Assembly (NCBI RefSeq): GCF_030265065.1 | Contig: NC_080408.1 | Span: forward strand, 22,727,480 to 22,791,479 | From: Corythoichthys intestinalis | Lineage: Eukaryota | Direction of reading: 5' to 3' | DNA length: 64,000 bases | Shown here: in pieces, positions 23,395 to 35,552 of the stretch | Position numbering within the stretch: position 1 is the stretch's first letter | Layout: each line of letters begins with the position of its first letter | The notes under the pieces: generated by a model | What the model was told of the DNA's origin: nothing | Seen by the model: only the letters and a program-made list of their open reading frames with translations | Database searches by the model: none | Translations under genes and position numbers: made by a program

Positions 23395-24095
23395 CAGTGT
23401 CCTCCATAATTATTGGCACCCCTGAAAAAGATGTGTTTTTTAGCTTCTAATAATTTTTTAAAATTCAAATAATATGAGACCTTAAATGAAAAAAAGAGAA
23501 AAATCCAACCTTTACTACAAGTGCATTCATTCAATGGGAAAAAAATCCCACATAAAGAAAAAATTATTTGACGTCAAATAATGTGTCACAATTATTAGCA
23601 CCGTGGTGTTAATACTTTGTACAATCCCCTTTTGCCAACAAAACAAGGTCTGGGGACTGAGATGGCCATGGAAGGAGCTTGAATTTGGGTCTGGTGAACC
23701 ACTTCTGTGTAGATTTGGCCATATGTTTAGGGTCATTGTCTTGCTGAAAGACCCAGTGACGACCCATCTTCAGCTTTCGGGCAGAGGACAACAGATTTTG
23801 ATTTAAAATGTCCTTGATGAATTTCAAAGCATTCATGATGCCATGCACCCTAACAAGGTTCCCAGGGCCTTTGGAAGCGAAACAGCCACAGCATCACTGA
23901 CCCACCCCCATACATCACAGTGGGTATGAGGTGCTTTTCAGCATGCACATCTTTCGTGGCACGCCAGACCCACTTAGAGTGTTTGTTGCCAAAAAGCTCA
24001 ATCTTGGTCTCACACAAAAATACACACGGTCCCAGGCTTCAACTGGGACCGTGTGCTATGGTCAGATGAGACCAAGAAGTGCATGGAACGAACCC
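23395..24095 (-). mobile_element. Tc1-like transposon (family 5), truncated copy
   Basis: TIR cagtgtcctccataattattggcacccctg. Transposase C-terminal fragment on the - strand (..[31 protein letters not shown]..). Confidence 0.7.
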
Positions 24096-25369
24096 TGTAT
24101 CAATGAAATATTTTTTTAAAATCTACTTTAGAGTTTTATTTGGGGGTATAACCAGAGTGTATTTCCGGTTTTATTCATTTTAATTGTATTAATTTTCATT
24201 GCTACAACTTTTTAAATTTCTATTTACTGTATTTATTAATAAAAACAATATGAACATCAATAAATATATGATAATAATTAATAATTTAAAATAGAAGAGC
24301 AGCCAAATTCAATGCATTGACATATTTCCGACTTCTTTGACCTTTTCTTATCATATTACCTATCCCGCAAATTTAACTTTATAACAGATGAGTCTATTTA
24401 TCACAAAATTCCTTCTATGACCTTTGACCGTTTTACCCACAAATTTAATCACCTTTTTCGTTTTGTATTGCTTTACAGTTGCACTAATGCTCCAAAATGT
24501 CATTACCTTTCGCTTCTGATCACATCACATGCCATGAAAATTTGAGTTAAATAGGCTAATCCGTTTTCCCATCATCACGAAAATCCTTTTCTGACATCTG
24601 TGACCTTTGTAGATAGTGTGATCCCTCGTTTTTCGCGGTTAATTGGGACCAGAACACGTCGCAATAAGTGAAAAAACGCGAAGTAGCACCCCAAACCCTC
24701 CCCCTCCCAAAAAAAAAAAAAAAAAATGTGTGTGTGTTCAATGTATTTATTCAAGTTTATAATTGGAAAGATATACATATAAGAATTTTTTTTTCACTTT
24801 TTTTCCCCAAAGTATAATAATAATAAAAAAAAAACTTTTACCTATATATATATTTTAACAAATGGTTTTTATGCTCTTCAAATGTAATAATTATGTTTTA
24901 ACAATGTTACTGTCCCATCAAATTATTTTTAAACAAGAGAAAAAGTAGACAGCCAATTCATAAAAAAAATAAAAATAAAAAAATAGAAAAATGCCTGTCT
25001 TTATTTAATGCTTTATTGAGTGAGTCCACTCAAATCTGCTCAAGCTGCTCACTAAAACACAATGAGTTGCCACAGCAACTGTTTAAAAAGTTAAACGATG
25101 TAGACGCATGCAGCAATTTGAAGTTTCGGCTTACAAGCATCTCCGGCAAACCTTGACTGTCTGTCAATCATTGTTAACTTTAATAAGCAACTCCAGTGCA
25201 CCGCCTGACCAAGAAAAGCAGGAGGACCAAGAGTGAGAGACTACGTGATCGGATCAGGACAGCTCTATAAAAGACTGCATTTATTTATTTATTTTTCAAT
25301 TGCAAAAAAAATCCATGATGGACTGTGTGCGCGAAGTTTGAAGCGTCAAGTAGCAAGGGATCACTGTAT

Positions 25370-25376
25370 ATGTGTG

Positions 25377-25426
<50 letters not shown>
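25370..25426. repeat. (TA)n/(AT)n microsatellite
   Basis: Direct. Confidence 0.9.
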
Positions 25427-27053
25427 CAGTACCTTGCAAAAGTATTCGGCCCCCATGAATCTTGCAACCTTTCGCCACATTTCAGGCTTCAAACATAAAG
25501 ATATGAAATTTAATTTTTTTTGTCAAGAATCAACAACAAGTGGGACACAATCGTGAAGTGGAACAGCATTTATTGGATAATTTAAACTTTTTTAACAAAT
25601 AAAAAACTGAAAAGTGGGGCGTGCAATATTATTCGGCCCCTTTACTTTCAGTGCAGCAAACTCACTCCAGAAGTTCAGCGAGGATCTCTGAATGATCCAA
25701 TGTTGTCCTAAATGACCGAAGATGATAAATAGAATCCACCTGTGTGTAATCAAGTCTCCGTATAAATGCACCTGCTCTGTGATAGTCTCCGGGTTCTGTT
25801 TAAAGTGCAGAGAGCATTATGAAAACCAAGGAACACACCAGGCAGGTCCGAGATACTGTTGTGGAGAAGTTTAAAGCCGGATTTGGATACAAAAAGATTT
25901 CCCAAGCTTTAAACATCTCAAGGAGCACTGTGCAAGCCATCATATTGAAATGGAAGGAGCATCAGACCACTGCAAATCTACCAAGACCCGGCCGTCCTTC
26001 CAAGCTTTCTTCTCAAACAAGGAGAAAACTGATCAGAGATGCAGCCAAGAGGCCCATGATCACTCTGGATGAACTGCAGAGATCTACAGCTGAGGTGGGA
26101 GAGTCTGTCCATAGGACAACAATCAGTCGTACACTGCACAAATCTGGCCTTTATGGAAGAGTGGCAAGAAAAAAGCCATTTCTCAAAGATATCCATAAAA
26201 AGTCTCGTTTAAAGTTTGCCACAAGCCACCTGGGAGACACACCAAACATGTGGAAGAAGGTGCTCTGGTCAGATGAAACCAAAATTGAACTTTTTGGCCA
26301 CAATGCAAAACAATATGTTTGGCGTAAAAGCAACACAGCTCATCACCCTGAACACACCATCCCCACTGTCAAACATGGTGGTGGCAGCATCATGGTTTGG
26401 GCCTGCTTTTCTTCAGCAGGGACAGGGAAGATGGTTAAAATTGGCGGGAAGATGGATGCAGCCAAATACAGGAACATTCTGGAAGAAAACCTGTTGGTAT
26501 CTGCACAAGACCTGAGACTGGGACGGAGATTTATCTTCCAACAGGACAATGATCCAAAACATAAAGCCAAATCTACAATGGAATGGTTAAAAAATAAACG
26601 TATCCAGGTGTTAGAATGGCCAAGTCAAAGTCCAGACCTGAATCCAATCGAGAATCTGTGGAAAGAGCTGAAGACTGCTGTTCACAAACACTCTCCATCG
26701 AACCTCACTAAGCTCGAGCTGTTTTGCAAGGAAGAATGGGCAAGAATGTCGTCTCTCTATGTGCAAAACTGATAGAAACATACCTCAAGCGACTTGCAGC
26801 TGTAATTGGAGCAAAAGGTGGCGCTACAAAGTATTAACGCAAGGGGGCCGAATAATATTGCACGCCCCACTTTTCAGTTTTTTATTTGTTAAAAAAGTTT
26901 CAATTATCCAATAAATTTTGTTCCACTTCACGATTGTGTCCCACTTGTTGTTGATTCTTGACAAAAAATTAAAATTTTATATCTTTATGTTTGAAGCCTG
27001 AAATGTGGCGAAAGGTTGCAAGGTTCAAGGGGGCCGAATACTTTTGCAAGGCA

Positions 27054-27056
<3 letters not shown>
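25427..27056 (+). mobile_element. Tc1-like transposon (family 1), full length, 1630 bp
   Basis: TIRs cagtaccttgcaaaagtattcggccccc and its rc. TA duplication at both ends. Flanked by (TA)n. Confidence 0.9.
25819..26772 (+). CDS. Tc1 transposase, near-intact (317-aa ORF; single frameshift near the C-terminus)
   Basis: MKTKEHTRQVRDTVVEKFKAGFGYKKISQALNISRSTVQAIILKWKEHQTT... DDE region intact (..SDETK.., ..QQDNDPKH.., ..SPDLNPIEN..). The terminal ..CAKLIETYPKRLAAVIGAKGGATKY is lost to a 1-bp deletion, by comparison with the copy at 3598..4617. Confidence 0.7.
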   Translation: MKTKEHTRQVRDTVVEKFKAGFGYKKISQALNISRSTVQAIILKWKEHQTTANLPRPGRPSKLSSQTRRKLIRDAAKRPMITLDELQRSTAEVGESVHRTTISRTLHKSGLYGRVARKKPFLKDIHKKSRLKFATSHLGDTPNMWKKVLWSDETKIELFGHNAKQYVWRKSNTAHHPEHTIPTVKHGGGSIMVWACFSSAGTGKMVKIGGKMDAAKYRNILEENLLVSAQDLRLGRRFIFQQDNDPKHKAKSTMEWLKNKRIQVLEWPSQSPDLNPIENLWKELKTAVHKHSPSNLTKLELFCKEEWARMSSLYVQN

Positions 27057-27092
<36 letters not shown>

Positions 27093-27534
27093 ATATCTTT
27101 GACCTCGTCCCAAAATTTAATCGACTCTTCCTTTTCATATTAGAAACATACCCTGCTAGTTTTATAATAATATATTTGTCCATTCTTCAGTCATCTTGAA
27201 TACAAATATGCAAACATACAAAATCAGTTTGGCTGTGTGACCTTTGATCTCATTACCCTAAATTAATAAATGCACAAAATTATACAGACAAATGGATAGA
27301 AATACAGACAAATAAATGACACCTAGCGTCCACATATGTTGACATCATATTTTGGGTCAGGTAGGCCACATTTGTGTACAAAATGAATAACCAAGTTTTC
27401 AATGGTAGTCCTGACAGCACTAGCTAATCAGTTGAACATGATATCCACTAAACTAATCATTTTAGTTAGGATTTTAAACGACAACAAGAATTCCAGAAGC
27501 AATTTCAGTCACATTGGGACTTTTTGCATTTTAG

Positions 27535-27610
27535 CCGAGTTGGGTTCTACATCAGCACCTTCAAGAGCGTGACCAGTCTGGAAGCCAAATTTCACCGGGA
27601 GATTTCGCTG
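27535..27610 (+). CDS. amph: amph exon 8 (S-RVGFYISTFKSVTSLEAKFHREISL)
   Basis: Acceptor gcattttAG|c completes an AGC Ser codon. Donor ctg|GTGAGG. Matches human RVGFYVNTFKNVSSLEAKFHKEIAV. Confidence 0.85.
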
Positions 27611-27686
27611 GTGAGGCGGCACAGCATGAAAAATTCCACTTTTTCAAGTGAAACCACAGCTCACATTTGCTTTTCTCCACATATAG

Positions 27687-27769
27687 GTGTGTAAGCAGCT
27701 ATATGAAGTGATGATGCAACTTAGCGAACAACACGCTGACAAAATGTTCACCATCCAAGGAGCACCGAG
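27687..27769 (+). CDS. amph: amph exon 9 (VCKQLYEVMMQLSEQHADKMFTIQGAP+ag)
   Basis: Acceptor ccacatatAG| and donor cgag|GTATGA. Matches human LCHKLYEVMTKLGDQHADKAFTIQGAPS. End of the BAR domain. Confidence 0.85.
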
Positions 27770-27864
27770 GTATGAGTTTAAGGGTTAGCTAATCCTGATA
27801 CAAGCTGAGCAGGCAAAAGTTAGCGTATTGTCGAAAGTCACGCGATTCCATTCGGCTGTTCTAG

Positions 27865-28006
27865 CGATTCGGGACCGCTGCGTCTTGCTCGGACGCCGTC
27901 GCCACCAGAAGACGAAAGCCCGCCCGAGAGTCCGGAAGCCACAGCCTCCAATCACACGCTGCGCCCGGTCTCTCCCGGACCTCCACGCCCCAAATCTCCC
28001 ATGCAG
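27865..28006 (+). CDS. amph: amph exon 10 (S-DSGPLRLARTPSPPEDESPPESPEATASNHTLRPVSPGPPRPKSPMQ)
   Basis: Acceptor ctgttctAG|c and donor cag|GTAAGC. Matches human SDSGPLRIAKTPSPPEEPSPLPSPTASPNHTL. Proline-rich. Confidence 0.8.
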
Positions 28007-28439
28007 GTAAGCTAGTCGTCCACAGCGTGAGGGAAGTTTTTTCATGTATCACGACTCATTTAACTAGCTAACCATTTTCAAATAAATAGGGGGAGAACGG
28101 GGTGGGTTCTCACAACTTTTGGTCTTTCATGACTATCTTCCCGTCAACATAGTATCCCCTCCTAATGTTTAAATTTGCATTTCCATTGGCAAAAACATTT
28201 CTAATGAAGATTTTTTAAATGCTACAAAAGTTATCAGCCAGCTTTGGGCAAGAATCTGACAAAAACATTCCCATATGTTTTTAATGCCCCCATGCATTTC
28301 CGATGGTTTGTTCAACTAAAAACTCCTATTGGTTTTCAACTGGGACCAGCAAAACATCTCCATTGGTGGTCCTTATTTTTGACCTAAAAAACTTCGAATT
28401 TCCACAAAATTAAGAATAAAGGACCTGGGAATGACAAGT

Positions 28440-28860
28440 AACCATTTACTTAGTTGCCACTTGAATGTCAATGGGCTGTAATTAATGTAATGAGTATGGT
28501 CAAAAATCCCAACCACACGTTTTTCTGCCATTCAAAATGAATGGAAAATTTGGACATTCATAGCCGTCAATGGCATAGCCTGATTTGGTGGCCAGTTGAA
28601 TGTCAATGCGCTGTAATGTAATCTGTATGGTCAAAAATCCCAACCACACATGTTTTTCTGCCATTCAAAATGAATGGAAAATTTGGACGTTCATAGCCGT
28701 CAATGGCATAGCCTTACTTGGGTGCCATTTGAATGTCAATGCGCTGTAATGGTAAGTGTATGGTCAAAAATCACAGCCACATGTTTTTCTACCATTTAAA
28801 ATGAACGGAAAATTTGGATGTGCATAGCCATCAATGGCATGGACGTGCATGGCCTGCAAC
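28440..28860. repeat. tandem repeat, about 130-bp unit x3
   Basis: ..caaccacac(a)tgtttttctgccattcaaaatgaatggaaaatttggac(a/g)ttcatagccgtcaatggcatagcc.. repeated at 28520, 28650 and 28780. Confidence 0.7.
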
Positions 28861-29340
28861 AATGCCGTATACCCCAAAAAATGCCACATAGTGCAAAAAA
28901 AAAAAAAAAAAAAAAAAAGCCACATAGTAAAATCCATTTTGCCATATACCAAAAAAATACCACATGCCAAAATTCATTTTGCCATAGGGCAAAATCAATT
29001 TTGCCACATGGCAAAAAAAAAAAAAAAAGCCACATGGCAAAATCCATTTTGCCACATATCAAAAAAAAAAAAAAAAAAAAAAAAGCCACATACTAAAATC
29101 CATTTCCCCACATACCAGAAAAAATTCCACATGCCAAAATCCATTTTGCTAGATGGCAAAACCAATTTTGCCACATGGCAAAAAAATACCACATGCCAAA
29201 ATCCATTTTGCCACATACCAAAAAAATGCCACATGGCAAAATAAATTTTGCCACATACCAAAAAAATGCCACATGGCAAAAAAAAAGCCACACGGCAAAA
29301 ACAGATGCCACATGGCAAAATCCATTTTGCCACATACCAA
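28860..29340. repeat. minisatellite, about 40-bp unit x about 12, each unit internally palindromic (gccacatggcaaaatccattttgccacataccaaaaaaat)
   Basis: Explains the cluster of K-rich and F-rich overlapping ORFs on both strands. Confidence 0.8.
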
Positions 29341-30202
29341 ATACCACTTTTCGTTCTTGCCCCTACTGTCTTTTTGGCGCAATTCTGACGATTTCAATGC
29401 TGATATTACGCAACACCGCCCTCTGCTGGTGGAGTTATTGCACATATCACATGTGACAACAACCCCGTTCTCCCCTCCACAGTAGTTTTTCATATGTCTA
29501 AGGCTGTCGCATTAGTCTCTTTAGACCTGGCATCCTCATCTGTGGACATTACATTTTTTGGCCTGCATGACCCAAAATATAATGTCCATGTATGTGGACA
29601 ACAGGTCTTTCAGCAGTTGAAAGGCAGATTATCAGAACACACTTGATGAACAGCCAGATTTTTAACATCCTTGCAGCAGGCTGCACATTATCTATGTGTC
29701 CTTTAATGTTCTGTGGCTGTTCTTCTTTGCTGCACACTCATCTCTGGGATGGTGAGTGAACTTGTGATATAGCCGCGTGTGTTCGTGCTTGTGGATTAGT
29801 AGAATTTAGTGCTGTGTGATATGGGGGAAAAAATGTCTTTTCGTAATATCAATATGCCACAATATAAGATATTTTTCCTTGTTTGTTGAAGAACTCACTT
29901 TACTTCTGGATTGACATTAAACTGATCAAGTACTGGTGCAACCTAAAACTATCCAGTGTAAACAAAAGCAGCACAGTCGCATAAACAGTTTTGCTTTAAT
30001 GTAAAGATATCTATCCACTAGGAGTTTTTACTTTTTAGACTTTTGCATAGCTAAAAAAGTGCATTCAAAGCAAGTCCTCCCAATTTACATTACAGGTAGT
30101 CCACGGTTTACAAACGAGTTCCATTCCCGTGCTGGCGATATTACCCAGATTTCCACGTAAATCGGGATTAACCCTTTAAATATCCCAAAACACCCTCTAA
30201 AT

Positions 30203-31110
30203 CAGTGCTTCTCAATTATTTTCTGTCCCCCCCCCCCCCCCCCCCCCAGGAAGGCGTAATCGTTTCGCGCCCCCCCAACTCTCTGCCACCACTGTGAATA
30301 GTATAATTTTTCTATAAAATTGTTATTATTATAATTACACCTCAGTATAACATTGTGTAGTTTTTAATATTATAGAAAAAAATGTAAAAATACACTCAAG
30401 GTACATTTTTTGATCATTTAATATTGAAAAATGAAATTTAATAAAATCAATAAATAATAAATTCAAATTGAGTAGCAATATTAACTCATGACAACAATAT
30501 GCCAAACCATTTGACCAAAAAAACAAAAATAGAACAAAAACAACAGTGTCATTGGACAGAGGGACAGTTTTTATTTTTGCTATTTTGCATTGAGCAACTT
30601 GTTATGTCACCTTATATGATGGTAACAGTGCTCGCTGGTTTACTGATGTAACACTGACCAAGCAGGACGATTGTTGGCAATATTCGGCACGTCTTCGCTG
30701 AAAAAAAAAATCAAGCGGCTTATCAATGTGATTGGGTTCTAATCTTTTTACGTGACGTCTTAATTGATTTGGCTTCCTGCTGTCCGTTGCAAACATTTTT
30801 ACATACAGACTGGTCTTTCCTCGTCTCCAACTGTATCAAAAGTCAAAGCCAAACACGACATACGCTTCGTCATATTTCCTCGTCTTAGCTCTTCATATCT
30901 CCAGCGCTCTTTGCTGTGTGCTCTTGTTTGGTTCAAAAATACTGTGCACACTTTGAAAATGACAGCGCCGCTGCCACCCACTGAGTGGATGTGCAATTAC
31001 TTTTTTGCCGTACTAGAATAAAGTGTATGTTCCCCGAGGTCACGTGCCCCACCCCGGGCATCGCTCTGCGCCCCCCTGGGGGGGCCCGCCCCACTATTTG
31101 AGAAATACTG
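30203..31110 (-). mobile_element. non-autonomous Buster-like hAT element (hAT-N), copy 1, with 8-bp TSD CTCTAAAT/CTCAAAAT
   Basis: TIRs cagtgcttctcaattattt / cagtatttctcaaatagtgg (rc). Internal remnant ..KPNQLRRHVKRLEPNHIDKPLDFF.. (BED-finger second half). Confidence 0.75.
30225..30250. repeat. poly(C) tract at the left end of hAT-N copy 1 (a shorter C run sits at the left end of copy 2 near 49928, and a second C run at the far end of copy 2 near 51051-51073)
   Basis: Direct. Poly(C) lies about 20 bp inside the left TIR in both copies. Confidence 0.8.
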
Positions 31111-31142
31111 CTCAAAATAAAAAAAAAAAAAATCCAAAAACA

Positions 31143-33133
31143 TGTATTACCGTACTTTTCGGACAATAAGCCGCTACTTTTTTCCCCCTCATTTTGAATT
31201 CTGCGTCTTATAGTCCAGTGTGGTTTATTTGTTGATTTATTTGGGTTAATAGGTAACACTTTATTTGACAGTGGCATCAGAAGACTGCCATAAAACCATC
31301 ATAATTATGACATGACACTGTCATGGGCATTAATGAATGCTTATTATGACAGATGTCATTAAGTGTCACCCGGCAAATTATGTCACTAACTCCATTTATG
31401 TCCAGCTCGGAACTTTTACATCCATTCAAAGGTGAGATAATTTTGCGGATGACACAATATGACATCTGTCATAAGCATTCGTTATCGCTCATGGCAGTGT
31501 CATGTAGAGCTGAAACGAATAATCGAGCAACTCGAGTTTAAAAACTGATCCGAGTAATTTTATTCATCTCAAGGAATCGTTTCATTTTGCCAGCTCTAAG
31601 CATCACGTTTTGCCCGGACTACTTTTAATACGGGACAACGCGCTGACGTCACGTGCGTAGAGGAAGAAGCAATAATAATAATAATTTTTTAAAAAACGTA
31701 CCTTAGCCGACAGCCGCTACAAACTATGCCGACGTTGCTAAAAACTACGCCCGCATGATGCTAGTTTGGTAGCAGGCAGTGTGCGATGCGTCTCATAGAT
31801 ATCGCATGCATTTAAGACTAGATGCGAAATGACAGACTCAGCCGCGTCTGGGCAGCGTTAGTAAACAGCCGCCATCTTTAAGCAGTAGACTTCTCATCGC
31901 TAATAAATATAACGTTACTTTCACTCGCTCACGTAACGTTAGACCTTCGGAGGGCTAGGTTTCTATTGATTATGACCACTGTCGATGCGTGGCTAATGTG
32001 TCTTACATACAGGCTTTATTTAATCTGTAAAAACACAGCGCTGTAGAGTGATGAGGGTGTAAAATTAAAACATAATAAAGCTGTCAGTTTTAGCTCAGTA
32101 GTCATTACTGAGTAAATGTGCTCCAATACAGCAGGTATCATACATTTATTTTCAACACTGCAAAAACTCAAAATCCTACCAGTACTTACAGTTTAGAATA
32201 ACTTAAAACTTAACTAAAATTTAAAAAAAAACTTGACACAAATGGAAATTAAATTGAAATACATGGGGAAAACACGTAGCTTTCAAGTGATGTGTGTTAT
32301 CAAGCGTAATGACATTTTTAGGTAAGAAATATGTTTTTTTTTAATAAGATCTAGAAGTTTTTTGAGTGAAAGCAATGATTTTTTTTTGTAGTCACATCTT
32401 AGATGCAATTGTTGGCTGTTTTCAACAATGTACATCGAAAATAAAGACATTGATTGACTGAAAATGGTTTAATATTGGATTAAATGTCTTTTTTTCTCAT
32501 GTATATTTATAATTGCTCTTTACCTAAAAAAATGTTTTATCCGATTACTCGATTAATCGATAGAATTTTCAGTCGATTACTCGATTATTAAAATATTCGA
32601 TAGCAGCAGCCCTAGTGTCATGTCATAATTAAGATGGTCTTATGACAGTCTTATGGCGCCACTGTCAAAGTGTTACCAAAAACAAAACATGCAATTAATG
32701 AAGCAATTGAAACCGTGACTGAAGAAATAATTAGATTAGAACATGTATTTTGATTGTTATTTCCATCTGTAGCGCTGCAGTGCATGCTAGGAGGCATGTT
32801 GGACGACAGTAGGTGGCAGCAGAGGTTGACTGTCTCCTCCAAGGGAGCAGTGCTGGCCAAATGAAGCTTCTTGAAGCAATGAAGCTTTTCAGTTAATTGG
32901 TTCAAAGCTTCATGGTCGTTCATTTGGTCTTATGACATCTTATGATGCTGCTGTCAAATAAAGTGTTACCTGTTAATATCTTTTGGTGTAAATATCCCAT
33001 AATACAATGAGGACAGGTGCGGCTTATAGTCCAGTACGGCTTATCTATGAACATGTGCCGTTTTCGTGTCAAATTTGGCGGGTGGCGTCTTATAGTCAGG
33101 TGTGGCTTATAGTCCAAAAATTACAGTATACAT
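31143..33133. mobile_element. about 2-kb foldback-type element with about 400-450-bp inverted arms (family P), copy 1
   Basis: Arm 31143-31520 is the reverse complement of 32640-33133. Ends tac(c/t)gta..ttttcggac(a/t)ataagccgc. Short terminal fragments at 41650-41800 and 48420-48700. Confidence 0.6.
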
Positions 33134-33689
33134 CATTGTACTGTATTCGCCAAGACTTTGGAGCTAAGTCCCAGCCAGGCAATAAGCTAAGCTCCAAAAT
33201 GACGATGTCAGACGTCCGTGTGGTTTGCTGACTTTAATCAGCTGCTCATAACATCAACACTTGCAGAATGAAACTGAAATGAAATAAAATTAAATCAGTC
33301 TCATCTTCAATAACAGCAATTCAAATTTGCGTTTACAAGTAGCTGCTGATACAGCAATAATAAACGATTAGCATGTATCAGTTAACGTCAGCACATCATC
33401 AAAAACAATCCTGTATACTTGCCTCAAGTATTCGACCACAATTGAAAACGCGCAATAAACAGCACAAAAAGGGGTTATATACAGCCGTCTCCTGTGGATG
33501 TTTCACATCCAAAAACCCTGCAGGCAGAAGTATTGTGGATTCTGAAGACCATAACAGACACCATTCATATACTTCAAATGAGTCTATCGGTGATCCGTTT
33601 GGGATATTACGTCATTTTTGGACGGCATCAGCTGTCACAATGTTGGTCAAATTACGTTTCGTTCCAGAGGGACCGTTCCCGATGTTGTA

Positions 33690-34700
33690 ACTGTCTTTTG
33701 TAACGAATTCCCAGTTGGCAGAATAAAACGGAAATTTTCTTAATGTGTAAATAGTCTACATATTTTTATGATAATTATAAATGCATTTACACAATGAAAT
33801 AACGCTGGAAACGTTTAAGCATAATGTTGGTCAAATCGTGTTTTGTTTTTTTTCGGAGGGAGCATTCCCAACGTCGTAACTGCAGCCAATTTAAGCTCAT
33901 TAAGACTTTAAGATAGATGTAAAATCGGGCCTAAAAAATTCAGCCTGACCCGGCCCGAGCCCGATCAATTAACTTGATTTGCAAGCCCGTGCCTGAAAAG
34001 AACCCCGAAATTTTATGTTTTATTTGTAGGCCCGAGCCCGGAAAAAAACCCGAAATTCTGTTTTCTTTTTTGAGGAGTCAGGAGAAGGAGAAAAGGGAAG
34101 GGATGCGCCAGTCAGACCTGGACACTGCTTGCTGCTTGGGAAAACGGACTGGTTGCATTATGTGTGATCACATTTGTAACAATGTCTGCATAAAAGCCTG
34201 TCTTTTGTAACGAATTCTCAGTTGGCAGAAAAAAACGCAAGTTTTCTGAATGTTTAAATAGTCTACATATTTGTATGATCATTATAAATGTATTTACATA
34301 ACGAAATAACGCTGGAAAAGTTTGTTAAATATAAATAAACAGATGCGGTTTTGCGGTCTCGCAGAGGGGGAAGATTAAAAAGGCCGTATGATCTGGCTCT
34401 GCAATGACCATACAGCGCCTTCATTTTTTAAATCCATATTATTTATTTTATAACAAGTATTCCTTAGTTTAACATCCATACATCGTTAATACATATTTAT
34501 TTTATAAAGTTAGCGAGGGAGAACCCTGGCCCGGCCCGACCCGGACGTAATCATTGACATTTTAATTTCGTCATGTTTTCAGTTTAATTTAGCGGTTTTC
34601 AGCTTGCTTTGTTTATAATTACGATGTTTACCGCTTTTCGTCTTACTAAGAAGAAGGAGGAAGTTACATCGGCCGCCGCCATGATATTTAAGTCATCAGC
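33690..34700. repeat. about 500-bp intronic tandem duplication
   Basis: 33695-33850 aligns to 34197-34330 (ctgtcttttgtaacgaattc(c/t)cagttggcag...). Internal ggcccgagcccg repeats. Confidence 0.5.
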
Positions 34701-35552
34701 CGTCTGCTGTAACCGGGAATTTAACGGCTACTTTCATGCACACTGCTTTCCGGGAAAGTCTCAGACATGATACTAGGGTTAAATTTGATGTTCAGTGCTT
34801 TATTTGTTTAATATGATTCAATATTATCTAAGTAATGGGTGCGAGAAAAGTATTAATTTTCAGTTGAAATGGCATTAAAAAAGGTCTTAAAAGTCTTAAA
34901 TTTAGATTCATCAATCCTGAGGGGACGTGTTCTTGTTTTCTACGCTTGCTGCGCCAAAAATAAAAGCATGCATCACAAAACAAAACTCAACATTTAAAAA
35001 AAAAACACACAAAAAAAACGCAGATGCATGTGTCGTAAAGTCGAAATCACGTAAGGCGGGTCCATCGTAACCCGGGGACTACCTGTATTTAATTGATATT
35101 GGAACAAATTGTGTTGTGTGTGCTCTGTGTGGATTACATGTTGCTATTTTCAGTTGCATTACTCATGTACAGTTAGCGTGGAAATGAGGACATCTTGAGG
35201 CCGATGGTGGTACTACTATGGCATACAGAATCCATTAATGTAGCAAGTCGGCGCAAATTTGGCAAAATTTCTGCTGGCCAAAATGTGGATTGCAGGAACC
35301 GGTCTATTAATTCGATAACGATAAAAGATACGTAAATGTCAATCGAAAGTTTTATATCAGATTGGCGATATTTATCCTCATATCACACAGCACTATGTAT
35401 CGTAATGTAGCGACATTAACAACATGTTTGTCAAGCTCTCGTAGACAAATATGTACGCAAAGATGTCGTTTCTACAACTCCGCTTCCCATTCTCTGTGCC
35501 CGCTAATAGACAGGCTGAGTGAGTATTCATAAATATTACTGTCACTTACATA

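Noticed and set aside
28796-29493. Cluster of overlapping K-rich and F-rich ORFs on both strands
   Set aside because: Translation artefacts of the 40-bp palindromic minisatellite (gccacatggcaaaatccattttgcc... and A runs).
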